Of a DNA stretch of 64,000 nt, positions 9,728 through 18,670 are shown one piece after another. The position numbers were made by a program, and so were the translations under genes. A model generated the notes under the pieces. It ran no database searches, was not told the DNA's origin, and saw nothing but the letters and a program-made list of their open reading frames with translations. Numbering within the stretch: position 1 is the first letter of the stretch; each line of letters opens with the position of its first letter. Origin of the DNA: a virus (lineage: Duplodnaviria; Caudoviricetes); IMG/VR virus record IMGVR_UViG_3300033066_000581, positions 1-64,000 of that record. The stretch is one strand, 5' to 3'.

Positions 9728-9736
9728 TTGTGTTCC

Positions 9737-9946
9737 TTAATTATAGTTTTCTTTGGGGCGATATAACCACCCCGTCGCCATATACGACTGCCCCACTGTC
9801 CATCCAAATTTTTGTCTTAGGAGCTCAAAAAGGTCATCATGCTTGCCTTTGGCAGATTCCCAAAGATCCCATATTTGTTGGCCCATCTCATCAGAATCTG
9901 ATGGCCTAGAGCATAATGCGTATGGGTATTTCTTCTTCCAAGACAC
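9737..9946 (-). CDS. Hypothetical protein
   Basis: Stop/start coupling with flanking ORFs. Confidence 0.5.
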   Translation of the reverse strand: MSWKKKYPYALCSRPSDSDEMGQQIWDLWESAKGKHDDLFELLRQKFGWTVGQSYMATGWLYRPKENYN

Positions 9947-10317
9947 TAGGCTTGCCTAATCAAGATAGTCGGAGAAATCCGCTCTGGGGAGAAATAGCTA
10001 TTAACGATATCAATCGCTACGTCGTAATCAAACTTCTTGCACGAGAAGATGTCGATATACCCCTCTTGTGTGTTATCACAGAAGTGGGCCATGATATTTG
10101 ACGTCTCGATGAATTGAAGAACCGTCCAACCGGACAGATGTTCCTCACCATGGCCGAAGTGTAGGATCTGTGGTTCACCATATGGAACCATATCGATAGC
10201 CAGGACGAGATCTTTCACCCAGGTCTCGAGATATTTGGGATCAGTGATGGCTTCTTTGTCGCACTTGCTGCAATCGAGACACAAATGATATCCCCAGTAG
10301 TGTGGTTTTTCCATCAA
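9946..10317 (-). CDS. speD: S-adenosylmethionine decarboxylase proenzyme
   Basis: WGYHL.LD, G.TVLQFIETSNI.AHF, YIDIFSCK; pyruvoyl self-cleavage Ser. Confidence 0.8.
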   Translation of the reverse strand: MMEKPHYWGYHLCLDCSKCDKEAITDPKYLETWVKDLVLAIDMVPYGEPQILHFGHGEEHLSGWTVLQFIETSNIMAHFCDNTQEGYIDIFSCKKFDYDVAIDIVNSYFSPERISPTILIRQA

Positions 10318-10592
10318 AGTTCCTTTTCACACGGGGTAAACGACGTAACCTGAATGATCGAGTCCCACCTGAATGAACGCCAACCAGCATTAGGAATATC
10401 CCAAACAGCCTGGACATCCGGATTTTCAGCTCGCTTAGTTTCATGTTCTGGCTGCACTGTTTCAATCCAATCCGGATGAAGTGTGCATTTCATTGTCCGA
10501 ATAGAACCATCAGCTTTAGTGAACTGCAGCGTGATGATATAATTCCCCAAGAACGGGGCGATTTGCCTCTTAAATTCTTCAACCTTGCTCAT
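10314..10592 (-). CDS. WYL_2/SH3-barrel-like conserved T4-like protein
   Basis: FTKADGSIRTMKCTL...VWD....GWRSFR. Confidence 0.75.
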   Translation of the reverse strand: MSKVEEFKRQIAPFLGNYIITLQFTKADGSIRTMKCTLHPDWIETVQPEHETKRAENPDVQAVWDIPNAGWRSFRWDSIIQVTSFTPCEKEL

Positions 10593-10842
10593 TCAGTTCA
10601 CCCCAATTATTAACCCATGTTTCCAGTTCGTTATAGCCACCGATCAGATACCCACGCTCGGCGATCTCGATGATCGGAAAGCTCTTAGCGTCTGGGAACT
10701 TTTCCTTCAGCTGTTCGATAGTGAAATCACGATCCAACTTCTGTTCTGTATACGTGATACCTTTGGCTGTCATCAAGTTCTTAGCCCTGGTACAATACTG
10801 GCAATTGTCCTTTGAATAGATCATAAGCAGAGGAAATTTCAT
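10579..10842 (-). CDS. nrdC: Glutaredoxin (NrdC-like)
   Basis: YSKDNCQYC, SFPII, IGGYNEL. Confidence 0.9.
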   Translation of the reverse strand: MKFPLLMIYSKDNCQYCTRAKNLMTAKGITYTEQKLDRDFTIEQLKEKFPDAKSFPIIEIAERGYLIGGYNELETWVNNWGELNEQG

Positions 10843-11114
10843 TACGCCTCAGCTCCTGGTAGCTTATTCTCCTTGGCCTTCCAGTACCCGAGGTAGTCGT
10901 TGGCCTTAACCTTGATCCAAGGTTTATTGGTCTGAGACTTATCGGGGTTGGCAATAGTCAGCCAGGGGTTTTGCCCTCGGGCCCAAGATTCAATCTTAAT
11001 AAGACTAGTCTCCAGCGCACTGCGACCATCCTTCACGGCTCTAGACATGAGAGAGCTAACCTTCCGGCGAAGACCCTTTGATGTTAGCTTTTTACGCAGT
11101 TTCTTCTTGCCCAA
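10842..11114 (-). CDS. Basic conserved T4-like hypothetical protein
   Basis: SKG.RR...W..GQNPWLTI.NP...TNKPWIKVKAN. Confidence 0.65.
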   Translation of the reverse strand: MGKKKLRKKLTSKGLRRKVSSLMSRAVKDGRSALETSLIKIESWARGQNPWLTIANPDKSQTNKPWIKVKANDYLGYWKAKENKLPGAEA

Positions 11115-11283
11115 TTGGTGTTTCTCCTTTACCTATAATACGTTTAGTTGGTTTAGACAGTCCAGCCTGAGCATGAAGGAAGACTGCAAATCTATAAAGC
11201 TCATCAAAATCATCGTCTGAAAGAATATCGTATATGTCTTTCAGAAGCTTTTCACGTTGATATCTAACGCCATATGTGGTCAT
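11092..11283 (-). CDS. Hypothetical protein
   Basis: ATGA overlap with the upstream ORF. Confidence 0.5.
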   Translation of the reverse strand: MTTYGVRYQREKLLKDIYDILSDDDFDELYRFAVFLHAQAGLSKPTKRIIGKGETPIGQEETA

Positions 11284-11573
11284 GATAGCTTCACAACATG
11301 AATCTGGTCGTCGCTAATCGTGACGGTCTCTTTCAAGAGTTTCTCGAGCTGCCGGTGTTGCTCATCAATGCTGGGGAATGTATCACAAATTTCATACCAA
11401 GATGGATATTCTTCACTAGCATAGGCAAACTTGGCCAGTTCCTTGCAGAAGGCGATAAACTCCGGAGTCTTGGCAGCAAAGTCGGATTGGCAATATACGC
11501 CAACAACGGCTACGCCCTTATTCGCTGTAGACTTGTCTGAATGTGTATAAGTTTCAATGCGGCCGGCAGTCAT
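11280..11573 (-). CDS. Mini EF-Ts-like protein (97 aa; true start about 11573, not 11705)
   Basis: AGRIETYTH...GVAVVGVYCQSDFAAKTPEFIAFCKELAKFAYA matches the EF-Ts core pattern EG.I.SY.H...G..VE.NCETDFVA....F..L...IA; GAGG RBS 6 nt upstream. Confidence 0.7.
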   Translation of the reverse strand: MTAGRIETYTHSDKSTANKGVAVVGVYCQSDFAAKTPEFIAFCKELAKFAYASEEYPSWYEICDTFPSIDEQHRQLEKLLKETVTISDDQIHVVKLS

Positions 11574-11593
11574 AATCATCCTCAATAATAAAT

Positions 11594-11669
11594 TGGCCAG
11601 GATACTAGGATTCGAACCTAGAACATGGGAGTAGAAATCCCAGGTGATGTCCAGTTTCACCATACCCCG
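11594..11669 (-). tRNA. tRNA-Arg(TCT), 76 nt, encoded CCA
   Basis: Cloverleaf: CGGGGTA/TATCCTG acceptor, GTGA/TCAC D stem, TGGGA-TTTCTAC-TCCCA, CTAGG-TTCGAAT-CCTAG. Confidence 0.9.
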
Positions 11670-11675
11670 ATTGTT

Positions 11676-11751
11676 TGGCAGCGATAGTAGGACTCGAACC
11701 CACAATTTCTCCTTCGTAGGGAGTGGTGATGTCCAGTTTCACCATATCGCT
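11676..11751 (-). tRNA. tRNA-Arg(ACG), 76 nt, encoded CCA
   Basis: AGCGATA/TATCGCT acceptor, CTCC-CTACGAA-GGAG anticodon arm, GTGGG-TTCGAGT-CCTAC T arm. Confidence 0.9.
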
Positions 11752-11761
11752 ATATTATTCT

Positions 11762-11791
11762 ATCATAACACGTCCGGATTAAATTGTACAC
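11762..11791 (-). promoter_or_regulatory. Early promoter GTGTAC-N18-TATGAT driving the tRNA pair
   Basis: Same motif, about 10 nt upstream of the tRNA 5' end. Confidence 0.75.
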
Positions 11792-12194
11792 CACTTTTTG
11801 CGATATGTGAGCGATGAATCCTGCAATATATATTCTCGTTGTAAAAAAGATCTGGCTGCTCTAAGACTCTTAGCTGGAACTGAAGAGCAGCTTCAATGTA
11901 ATTACACTCACCACGAGTAGAGCACAAGTATAAAATCTTACGATCAAAGCACTCAGGACCTAGAGCTTCAACATCCTTAAGCAAGGCCGGAGAAGAACCA
12001 AAGTAATTCTCCCAATCTGATGGGAGCCTGATCTTCTTTCTCTTCTTATTGACCTGTTTTGATCCCGCCTTGGTGAAGAGCTTCTTACCGATATATCTCT
12101 TACCGGAGACCTTGTTGGTTATAATGTAGACGAAGCCCATAGCTGACCCTGGATCAGTGAATTCTTTACCTTCGTACAACCATCCATCAACCAT
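11763..12194 (-). CDS. GIY-YIG endonuclease (EndoII/DenA-like)
   Basis: GFVYIITNKVSGKRYIGKK, SDW..YFGSS, FYNENI. Confidence 0.8.
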   Translation of the reverse strand: MVDGWLYEGKEFTDPGSAMGFVYIITNKVSGKRYIGKKLFTKAGSKQVNKKRKKIRLPSDWENYFGSSPALLKDVEALGPECFDRKILYLCSTRGECNYIEAALQFQLRVLEQPDLFYNENIYCRIHRSHIAKSGVQFNPDVL

Positions 12195-12197
12195 ATT

Positions 12198-12222
12198 ATA
12201 CCTCTTTTCAGAGGTATTTATC
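12198..12222 (-). promoter_or_regulatory. Late promoter GATAAATA plus hairpin ATACCTC/GAGGTAT sequestering the RBS of the GIY-YIG gene
   Basis: Perfect 7-bp stem containing GAGG, 6 nt from the ATG. Confidence 0.7.
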
Positions 12223-12511
12223 CCTTATCAAAATAAGAAGATGCTAGAGGATCTTCTGGATATTCATCGTCTTCATCTTCATACTCCCAATCCTCCTGTT
12301 CGTCTGGATAGAAGTTGGCGTACGCTTTATCAAATGCAGGATCGATGTCGCAGCATTCGTCTAGGGTGTCACAATCAGCGTCTTGGAATGCCTCGATCAG
12401 GATCCCGTATAAGGCCTGACGCACGTCATCCTTAATCTCATCTGCTAGTCCAGTATCTCTGATGTTCATGACGATATCACTCATCACGCCTGATCCGCTT
12501 GCCCAACTCAT
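12218..12511 (-). CDS. Acidic hypothetical protein
   Basis: GGAG RBS; MSWASGS...F.D.DCD.L.EC...DPAFD. Confidence 0.65.
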   Translation of the reverse strand: MSWASGSGVMSDIVMNIRDTGLADEIKDDVRQALYGILIEAFQDADCDTLDECCDIDPAFDKAYANFYPDEQEDWEYEDEDDEYPEDPLASSYFDKG

Positions 12512-12521
12512 ATAGTTCTCC

Positions 12522-13541
12522 TTAAATTTTCAATTTGCTTAGGAAGTCAGAAGTGACATCCTGTTCAATGCCACCAACGACATACATCGTATTTTCCACT
12601 TCTTGCGGAGCATTTTGCACCTCAACCCCCCCGATCCACCGTTGTGTCCACGGAAGAGGATTCTCTCTTACCTTGGGAATATTGGGGAGAGTGATACCAA
12701 TAGCCGTTGCTCGCTTCCACCCGATATAGTAAACATATTCCTTAAGGATATCAGCGTTCAGCCCAAGCATCCCGCCATCCTTGAAGAGATACTCTGCCCA
12801 GGCTACTTCCTGGTTGATGACGTCCTCGAAGATCTGAGGACCAACGGTCTTGATATATTCCTTGGGGTAGAACCCATGGTTAGGCGCGTACATGGCCAAA
12901 ACCTTGATGGCCTGTTGGGTGAATGCAAGATGGAGGTTCTCATCTCTGGCGATCAATTTGATGATCTTGGCGTTGCCTTCCATCTGCTTCTGTTCAGCAA
13001 AAGCCCATGAGCACGCGAATGACACATAGAACCTGATACCTTCCAAAGCGTTGACTGCTAGCATCGCTCCTAGAAGGGTCTCTGGCGAAGGGTTCTCAAT
13101 GAGATCGTCATACCATCTGCTGATGTCATCCTTACACGCCACGATCTCCGGAATGTCTAGAACCTTATCCAAGACTACAGATGGGTCTGGGTAGATGTTT
13201 TGGATGATATGGGTATACGACTCTGAATGGATAGTCTCAAAGAATGTCCAGGTGATGATGAATTGTTCTAATTCGGGGACAGAAGCAATTGGCAAGAAAG
13301 CAATCGCCGGGTCTCTACCCTGTTTGGTATCGAGGAGGATCTGTCGCTGAAGGTTGGATGTAAAGATGTGCTGCTTATGCTCATCCAAGGCCTTGAATTG
13401 TTTTGGGTCTTTGGCCAGGTCGATCTCTTCCGGTTGCCAAAAGAACCCACGCTGCTTTTTGGTGAGCTTGGAAATCCATGGATATTCTATCTTGTCGAAC
13501 CTGGCAATCTCAGGTGTTGGTCCGAAGAATAGGTCAGTCAT
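12522..13541 (-). CDS. nrdB: Ribonucleotide reductase class Ia beta subunit
   Basis: FFWQPEEIDL, ETIHSESY, LEGIRFYVSFAC, RDENLH, APQEVE. Confidence 0.96.
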   Translation of the reverse strand: MTDLFFGPTPEIARFDKIEYPWISKLTKKQRGFFWQPEEIDLAKDPKQFKALDEHKQHIFTSNLQRQILLDTKQGRDPAIAFLPIASVPELEQFIITWTFFETIHSESYTHIIQNIYPDPSVVLDKVLDIPEIVACKDDISRWYDDLIENPSPETLLGAMLAVNALEGIRFYVSFACSWAFAEQKQMEGNAKIIKLIARDENLHLAFTQQAIKVLAMYAPNHGFYPKEYIKTVGPQIFEDVINQEVAWAEYLFKDGGMLGLNADILKEYVYYIGWKRATAIGITLPNIPKVRENPLPWTQRWIGGVEVQNAPQEVENTMYVVGGIEQDVTSDFLSKLKI

Positions 13542-14611
13542 ATTGCACAGCTTTCACAAATTTCATCATCGGTTGCTTCATCATCCAGGCCAGGTAGATC
13601 TTCATCGCCGGAGTGGTCGTCTTGGTTGAAGTAGTATAGTTGTTTCCCACCGTATCGATAGAAATATACAACATCTTCCATCATGACGGACATCGGTATC
13701 TTGTTATTCTCAAAGAAGTCTGAGTTATACGTAGTATTCACTGAGATACCTTGGTCCATCCACTTCTGAAATACTAGGGTGATGGATAGATATCCTTTAG
13801 GAGACTTCTGGTTATACTTAAGTTCGTATTTGTTTCCTAGCTTCTTGGACTCTGGGACGATCTGCTTATAGATACCGTCCTTGGATTGCTTGGACGTGAT
13901 GATGGCCGGGACCGGTTCGAAGCCGTTCGTCGAATTGGAGATCAAGGCCGACGTCTCACACGGCATGCCCGCCATCAGGGTTGAGTTATAAACGCCATGG
14001 ACAAGGATATCAGATCTGAGCGTTTCCCAATCCATCTTAGGATTGTGCGGCACCAGCTCATCCATGGTCTTCTTATATGTATCTACCGGCAGAAGCCCCT
14101 TGGACCATTTGGTCTCCAAAAATTTAGGGCATGGTTCTCCAAGTTCTTTTGCCAACTCCATGGAGGCTTTGATCAGATAATAGGAATATGCTTCAGCATA
14201 CTCATCGATAAATTCAAGATCAGGTTCTGAGTAGGTGATATTATTCTTGGCCAACCAGTATGCCAAGTTGGTGATGCCGATACCAAGAGGTCGACGTCCC
14301 ATGGTTGCCAGCTGCGCAGCTAGGACCGGATAATCCTGGTAATCCAGGATCTCGTTGAGGGCCCTGACGGCCAGGGTTGCAACGCGTTCATAGTCTGATG
14401 GGTGTTTGATCTTGCCTTGGTTGATAGCCATCAGTGTGCACAAGGCAATCTCACCATCCGGGTCATCCAGGCTATTTAGCGGCTTTGTTGTGAGGCAGAT
14501 CTCTACGCAATTATGCACTAGAATACCATTGGCAAAGAAGTTATGATTATCTTCAACTGTGATATCATATACATCCTCACGATAGGAAAGCTTTGTAATT
14601 TTAATTCCCAT
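13538..14611 (-). CDS. nrdA: NrdA C-terminal part preceded by a 34-aa split-intein C fragment (14510-14611)
   Basis: VYDITVEDNHNFFANGILVHN|CVEI; IALCTL, RRPLGIG, YY, C-terminal CESC. Confidence 0.95.
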   Translation of the reverse strand: MGIKITKLSYREDVYDITVEDNHNFFANGILVHNCVEICLTTKPLNSLDDPDGEIALCTLMAINQGKIKHPSDYERVATLAVRALNEILDYQDYPVLAAQLATMGRRPLGIGITNLAYWLAKNNITYSEPDLEFIDEYAEAYSYYLIKASMELAKELGEPCPKFLETKWSKGLLPVDTYKKTMDELVPHNPKMDWETLRSDILVHGVYNSTLMAGMPCETSALISNSTNGFEPVPAIITSKQSKDGIYKQIVPESKKLGNKYELKYNQKSPKGYLSITLVFQKWMDQGISVNTTYNSDFFENNKIPMSVMMEDVVYFYRYGGKQLYYFNQDDHSGDEDLPGLDDEATDDEICESCAI

Positions 14612-15296
14612 GATACCTCTTTTGTAGACCTAGTTTGATGTTTTTCTTGTGTTCTTCAGTTAATTTTTTGCCCTTAAAACTATCACTGAGTAATTTTCGA
14701 TGTTCTGGTGATCTAAAATACGGATTATATTTCAGTTCAGTAAGTTCTTCAATAATATTGACAAGATTATGATAGCGGCCGTTAAATCTAAACTTAGTAA
14801 AGTGTTTAGGTATTTTAACTCCAACACTAATTCCATACGCAATCAATGTTTCATGAGACGGAATCTTTCCATGCACCTTTGTGCATTCTAATGCAACGTT
14901 TACTATATCCGTATCTGTTAGGCCTGAATAATTTGCATTCCCGGCTCCAGAGAACCGTTCTGATAATTTGGCTTTCCATGATTCTAGTTTGTCTTTTGGC
15001 ACAATGTGTCCTCCGCACCCACCCGGTTTGGCGTTATATCCAACATTCAAATAATCTCGTTCCAATATGAGAGTTTCTTCCATTACCTTAGCGGCGTCAA
15101 TAGAGTCAAATTCGTATAGAACTTGGATTGAAAAGTTTTCATGGCCGTGTTTTCTAATGGCCGAATGAAATCTAAATGGAGATCCTTGATTAGCACTGGA
15201 TATGTGAGAACTCCACCGTTGTTTAAGTGTTCTTCCAGAATAGCCAATATATCCTTTATTGTTTATGTTGTTAATAATTTCGTATACTATGAACAT
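14601..15296 (-). mobile_element. Free-standing GIY-YIG homing endonuclease with NUMOD3-like repeats between the nrdA halves
   Basis: IVYEIINNINNKGYIGYS...RW..H, GYN...GG, SPEHRKLLS..FKGKKLTEEHKKNI. Confidence 0.9.
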
Positions 15297-15361
15297 TCCA
15301 ACTCCTTGAAATCAATTTTCCTACTCTAGTTATGAAAATTGAAATCTTAGAAATTGATTTA

Positions 15362-16990
15362 CTAACTAAACACTAACACATCATCTTCAACCAAATCCTT
15401 AGCCATTATATATCCACGATTTTTGGTGAATATTTGGTGTTCGGGGGTGCATCTAATAACTCTACCAGTAACTTCATCTTCAATTTCTAATAGTTCGGCA
15501 TTGATCTTTGTAAGTGCTGCAGCGGTTATGGGTTTATATTCAACAGTTTCGGTATCTGTATTATATGAGGATGTTTTTACATCATGCCCAGATCTAACAT
15601 ATCCTACAACATCCACCAACGAAACCCCCCAAAGCGGGGTTTGATCAAGTATAATGTCTAGTTTGGAGTCACCAGTAAGACAAAGGTTCGTCATGGTGAT
15701 AGGCGCGACGTCTGGAAGGAATGGTCCTTGTTGGTTGACATTATCAACGTTCTGGATGTAGACCCGGCCGGTCTCCTTACGTTCTGTCAGGATCTGCTCC
15801 ATGAGTTCCTTAGAGCCCATGGTCTTCCGGCGGATCTTAGTGTTCCGTTCAGCCTTTTCGTAGATCTCCTTGAACTTAGCCTCATCGGCGAAGAAGGCTT
15901 CATATAGCCCTGGAACTTCTGATGGAGAGAAGAGTGAGACGTCTTGGCCGCTGATTAGTCGTTCATAAAGTAGCCGGTTGAGTTGGACGCAATAGTCCAT
16001 CTGACGAAGACGATTGTCATGAGTTCCCTTGTTGTTCTTCAGGACGATCATCTCTTCAAACTCAAGATGCCACCATTGGAAGCAAAGATTTGCTGAACCC
16101 CCACGCACCCCACCCTGAGAACAACTCTTGACTGCTGACTGCAAATATCGATAGAACGGGGTAACCCCAGTATGGGAAGTATCTCCTGCTCTAACAGCTG
16201 ATCCGGCAGCACGAATTCGCCCACCATTGATGCCTATTCCCGCCCTCTGGGAAACGTATTTGACGATTGCTGATGCAGAGGCATTAATTGAATCCAAAGA
16301 ATCGCCGGTGTCAATCAAGACACAGGACGAGAATTGGCGTTGTGGAGTCCGGACCCCGGCCATAATCGGCGTCGGCAGAGATAGGTCAAACTGAGATACT
16401 GCATCATAGAAATTCTTCACCCACTTGAGGCGGGTGTTCACCGGATAGTTCGAGAAAATCGTGGCCGCGATTAACATCATGGCGATCTGGGGGGTCTCGT
16501 AATATTCGTCAGTGACTCGGTTCTTGATCAGATACTTACCTCGGAACTGCTCCATGGCTGCATAGGTCAGGGTGAAATCCCTGTCATGATCGATGAAGGA
16601 ATTGATCCGATCCCATTCCCTTTCGGTATAGAGACCTTCCAGTTCCTTGTCATAGTACCCCAACTTAGCCACCTTCTTGAGTTGTTCCAAGATATGTGGT
16701 GGCTCAGGTTGATTATAGATCATCTTTCGTAGATGATAATTTACCAAACGACCAGCAACAAACTGGTAGTTGGGGGTATCTTCAGTGATCAGTTCTACAG
16801 CAGCTTTGATCAAGGTCTCTTGGATATCTGAGGTCTTGATGTTGTTATAGAATTGCAGTTGTGATTTTAGTTCAATCTCAGAAACGTTAACTCCGGAGAT
16901 CCCGTCACACGCCCAAACAACTACCTTGTTGAGCTTAGATATATCGAGGGCTTCTTTTGTCCCATCACGTTTTGTTACGGTAATCGGCAT
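15362..16990 (-). CDS. nrdA: NrdA N-terminal part followed by a 106-aa split-intein N fragment (15365-15682)
   Basis: ATP cone VTKRDG, PTPIMAGVRTP.RQFSSCVL, SQGGVRGG, TNL|CLTGDS, intein block B CTPEH. Confidence 0.95.
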   Translation of the reverse strand: MPITVTKRDGTKEALDISKLNKVVVWACDGISGVNVSEIELKSQLQFYNNIKTSDIQETLIKAAVELITEDTPNYQFVAGRLVNYHLRKMIYNQPEPPHILEQLKKVAKLGYYDKELEGLYTEREWDRINSFIDHDRDFTLTYAAMEQFRGKYLIKNRVTDEYYETPQIAMMLIAATIFSNYPVNTRLKWVKNFYDAVSQFDLSLPTPIMAGVRTPQRQFSSCVLIDTGDSLDSINASASAIVKYVSQRAGIGINGGRIRAAGSAVRAGDTSHTGVTPFYRYLQSAVKSCSQGGVRGGSANLCFQWWHLEFEEMIVLKNNKGTHDNRLRQMDYCVQLNRLLYERLISGQDVSLFSPSEVPGLYEAFFADEAKFKEIYEKAERNTKIRRKTMGSKELMEQILTERKETGRVYIQNVDNVNQQGPFLPDVAPITMTNLCLTGDSKLDIILDQTPLWGVSLVDVVGYVRSGHDVKTSSYNTDTETVEYKPITAAALTKINAELLEIEDEVTGRVIRCTPEHQIFTKNRGYIMAKDLVEDDVLVFS

Positions 16991-17007
16991 ATCTTATTGG
17001 GTTACTC

Positions 17008-17127
17008 CTAGTAAAAAATTGCTGTGGCAGAGAATGATCCGAATGCAACTAGTATGGCGAAGACGATCCATACCCCCACCATGACTAGCAGCATCCAACG
17101 TTCAATCTTGTGTCGTCTTAGTTCCAT
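17008..17127 (-). CDS. Small membrane protein (39 aa)
   Basis: Hand-translated MELRRHKIERWMLLVMVGVWIVFAILVAFGSFSATAIFY. Confidence 0.4.
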   Translation of the reverse strand: MELRRHKIERWMLLVMVGVWIVFAILVAFGSFSATAIFY

Positions 17128-17797
17128 CTTGTAGTTCCTTGGTTAAAAAGTCTTTGAGGTCAGGATAATAGTTGCAGATCTGTTTAAAGATCTCAACTGC
17201 AATTTCCCGATGCTCTTTTTGTGTGCTTGGGTGAGCCCGGATAGCACAATAGTGAAGCCATGATCTTAGTGTTCCGTTCATGGCAACGGTTGAAACGGTG
17301 CAGCCTTCAGGAAGAACTGCGCGGGCCTGTTCCTTGGCGATACCCTTCTCCAGGGCGCGTTTATACAGAGATCCGGCAAGGTCGATCACCTGTCTTTGAG
17401 CATCTTCAAACCATGCCTGAAGTTCCGGGGCATCACCAACCTTCAGCTCGATCGAGTTTTGGCGGTTCTTGGTATCCTGGAGTCGAGTTTCACGGACCGT
17501 GAACTGGGTGGCTTCAGCATAACGTTGAGAATATTCTTGGAAGGAGAAGCTTCTATGGCGAAGCATCTGTCTGGCAATATCCCTGGTGGTTGTGACCTCA
17601 ACCACGATATTAACCATCTCGAACGGAGACCAATGTTTTTCATTCATTAGGTATCTCAGGAGTTTGGGGCCAGTAGCCTCATTCATCCTATTGTTCGGAT
17701 TAGAGATCCTGGCCAGATAGGCAACCAGACCATGGTCTGAGACTCCATCAACATGGGACTGTGTTGTCCCCACAATATCAACGTTGAAAAAGCTCAA
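17102..17797 (-). CDS. thyX: Flavin-dependent thymidylate synthase
   Basis: HWSPFEM, RHRSFSFQEYSQRY, AKEQARAVLP, GTLRSWLHY, TQKEHR. Confidence 0.96.
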   Translation of the reverse strand: MSFFNVDIVGTTQSHVDGVSDHGLVAYLARISNPNNRMNEATGPKLLRYLMNEKHWSPFEMVNIVVEVTTTRDIARQMLRHRSFSFQEYSQRYAEATQFTVRETRLQDTKNRQNSIELKVGDAPELQAWFEDAQRQVIDLAGSLYKRALEKGIAKEQARAVLPEGCTVSTVAMNGTLRSWLHYCAIRAHPSTQKEHREIAVEIFKQICNYYPDLKDFLTKELQDGTKTTQD

Positions 17798-18444
17798 ATA
17801 GATCTCCTGTCAGAAGCAAAACGCCTGTTTAGATATGATCGATAATGTTCCCAGGTTCCAGTAAGGGTGTTGAGAAACCCCCATTCCCTTACTTTAGGAC
17901 CACGGATGAATAGTGTCCAGGCCGGCCTAAAATCCATGTCTCGGCCATGTCGATTTAGGTATACCATGTGGGTGTTCTCAGCCTTGGCAAATATAATGCT
18001 TCCGGCCGGCCGAAATTTTACATCTAAATCTACTCGTTGTGCGAACGCCCAGGATCCATATTTGTCCGTAGGTGACCAGATATGCTCAGTATACCCACCC
18101 CAAAGGATGACGCTCATATAGCTCCATGGGTGGTCGTGCGGATCACCAATATCGGATTGTACAATATTGTGGACGAACACATTGAATTTGGGGTCAACCC
18201 CATCCTTCGGTTTATGTAGAAGGTAATATCGGTACATGTACGGAAGGTTATTGTCTGACCGATAGATGACGCGCTCTCTACCAAACTTTCTCATGAGCTT
18301 GGCAAACCAATTCTGAGTAAGTTGTGGTGTTGAGCTTAGTTCAACCGTCTCCATCACTGAGGACCACGGAGTGTCTTTGGCGGCCTCAGCATAATAGAAA
18401 TTGCCATCCTCAGTGGGGATCTTGACTAGCTTATCACCATCCAT
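17794..18444 (-). CDS. Cupin-like protein
   Basis: PHDHPWSY.S.ILWGGY.E, H.V, AWTLFI.GP..REWGF. Confidence 0.7.
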   Translation of the reverse strand: MDGDKLVKIPTEDGNFYYAEAAKDTPWSSVMETVELSSTPQLTQNWFAKLMRKFGRERVIYRSDNNLPYMYRYYLLHKPKDGVDPKFNVFVHNIVQSDIGDPHDHPWSYMSVILWGGYTEHIWSPTDKYGSWAFAQRVDLDVKFRPAGSIIFAKAENTHMVYLNRHGRDMDFRPAWTLFIRGPKVREWGFLNTLTGTWEHYRSYLNRRFASDRRSI

Positions 18445-18445
18445 A

Positions 18446-18670
18446 TTAGATAGCAGCCGCCTTAGGCATCTCGGTGATCAGATAAGAGCGGCCTTCCCAA
18501 ACGTGAAGCTCACTGGCCTCTTGTTCTGGGAGCAAATAGACTACGTTGGTAATCACTCCCTTATCGATTGTCTCCACCTTGATATCATGAGGCCGGTCGA
18601 AGCCTTCCGCAATTCGTGAATCGTTCTTGATCTTAATTTTGGTTGTCATGTTATACCTTCTTCCACTCAT
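18446..18670 (-). CDS. Hypothetical protein
   Basis: Operon position; probable start at MTTKIK. Confidence 0.5.
   Translation of the reverse strand: MSGRRYNMTTKIKIKNDSRIAEGFDRPHDIKVETIDKGVITNVVYLLPEQEASELHVWEGRSYLITEMPKAAAI

Noticed and set aside
11574-11705. N-terminal 44 codons of ORF 11280-11705
   Set aside because: They run through two tRNA genes; a better RBS and ATG lie at 11573
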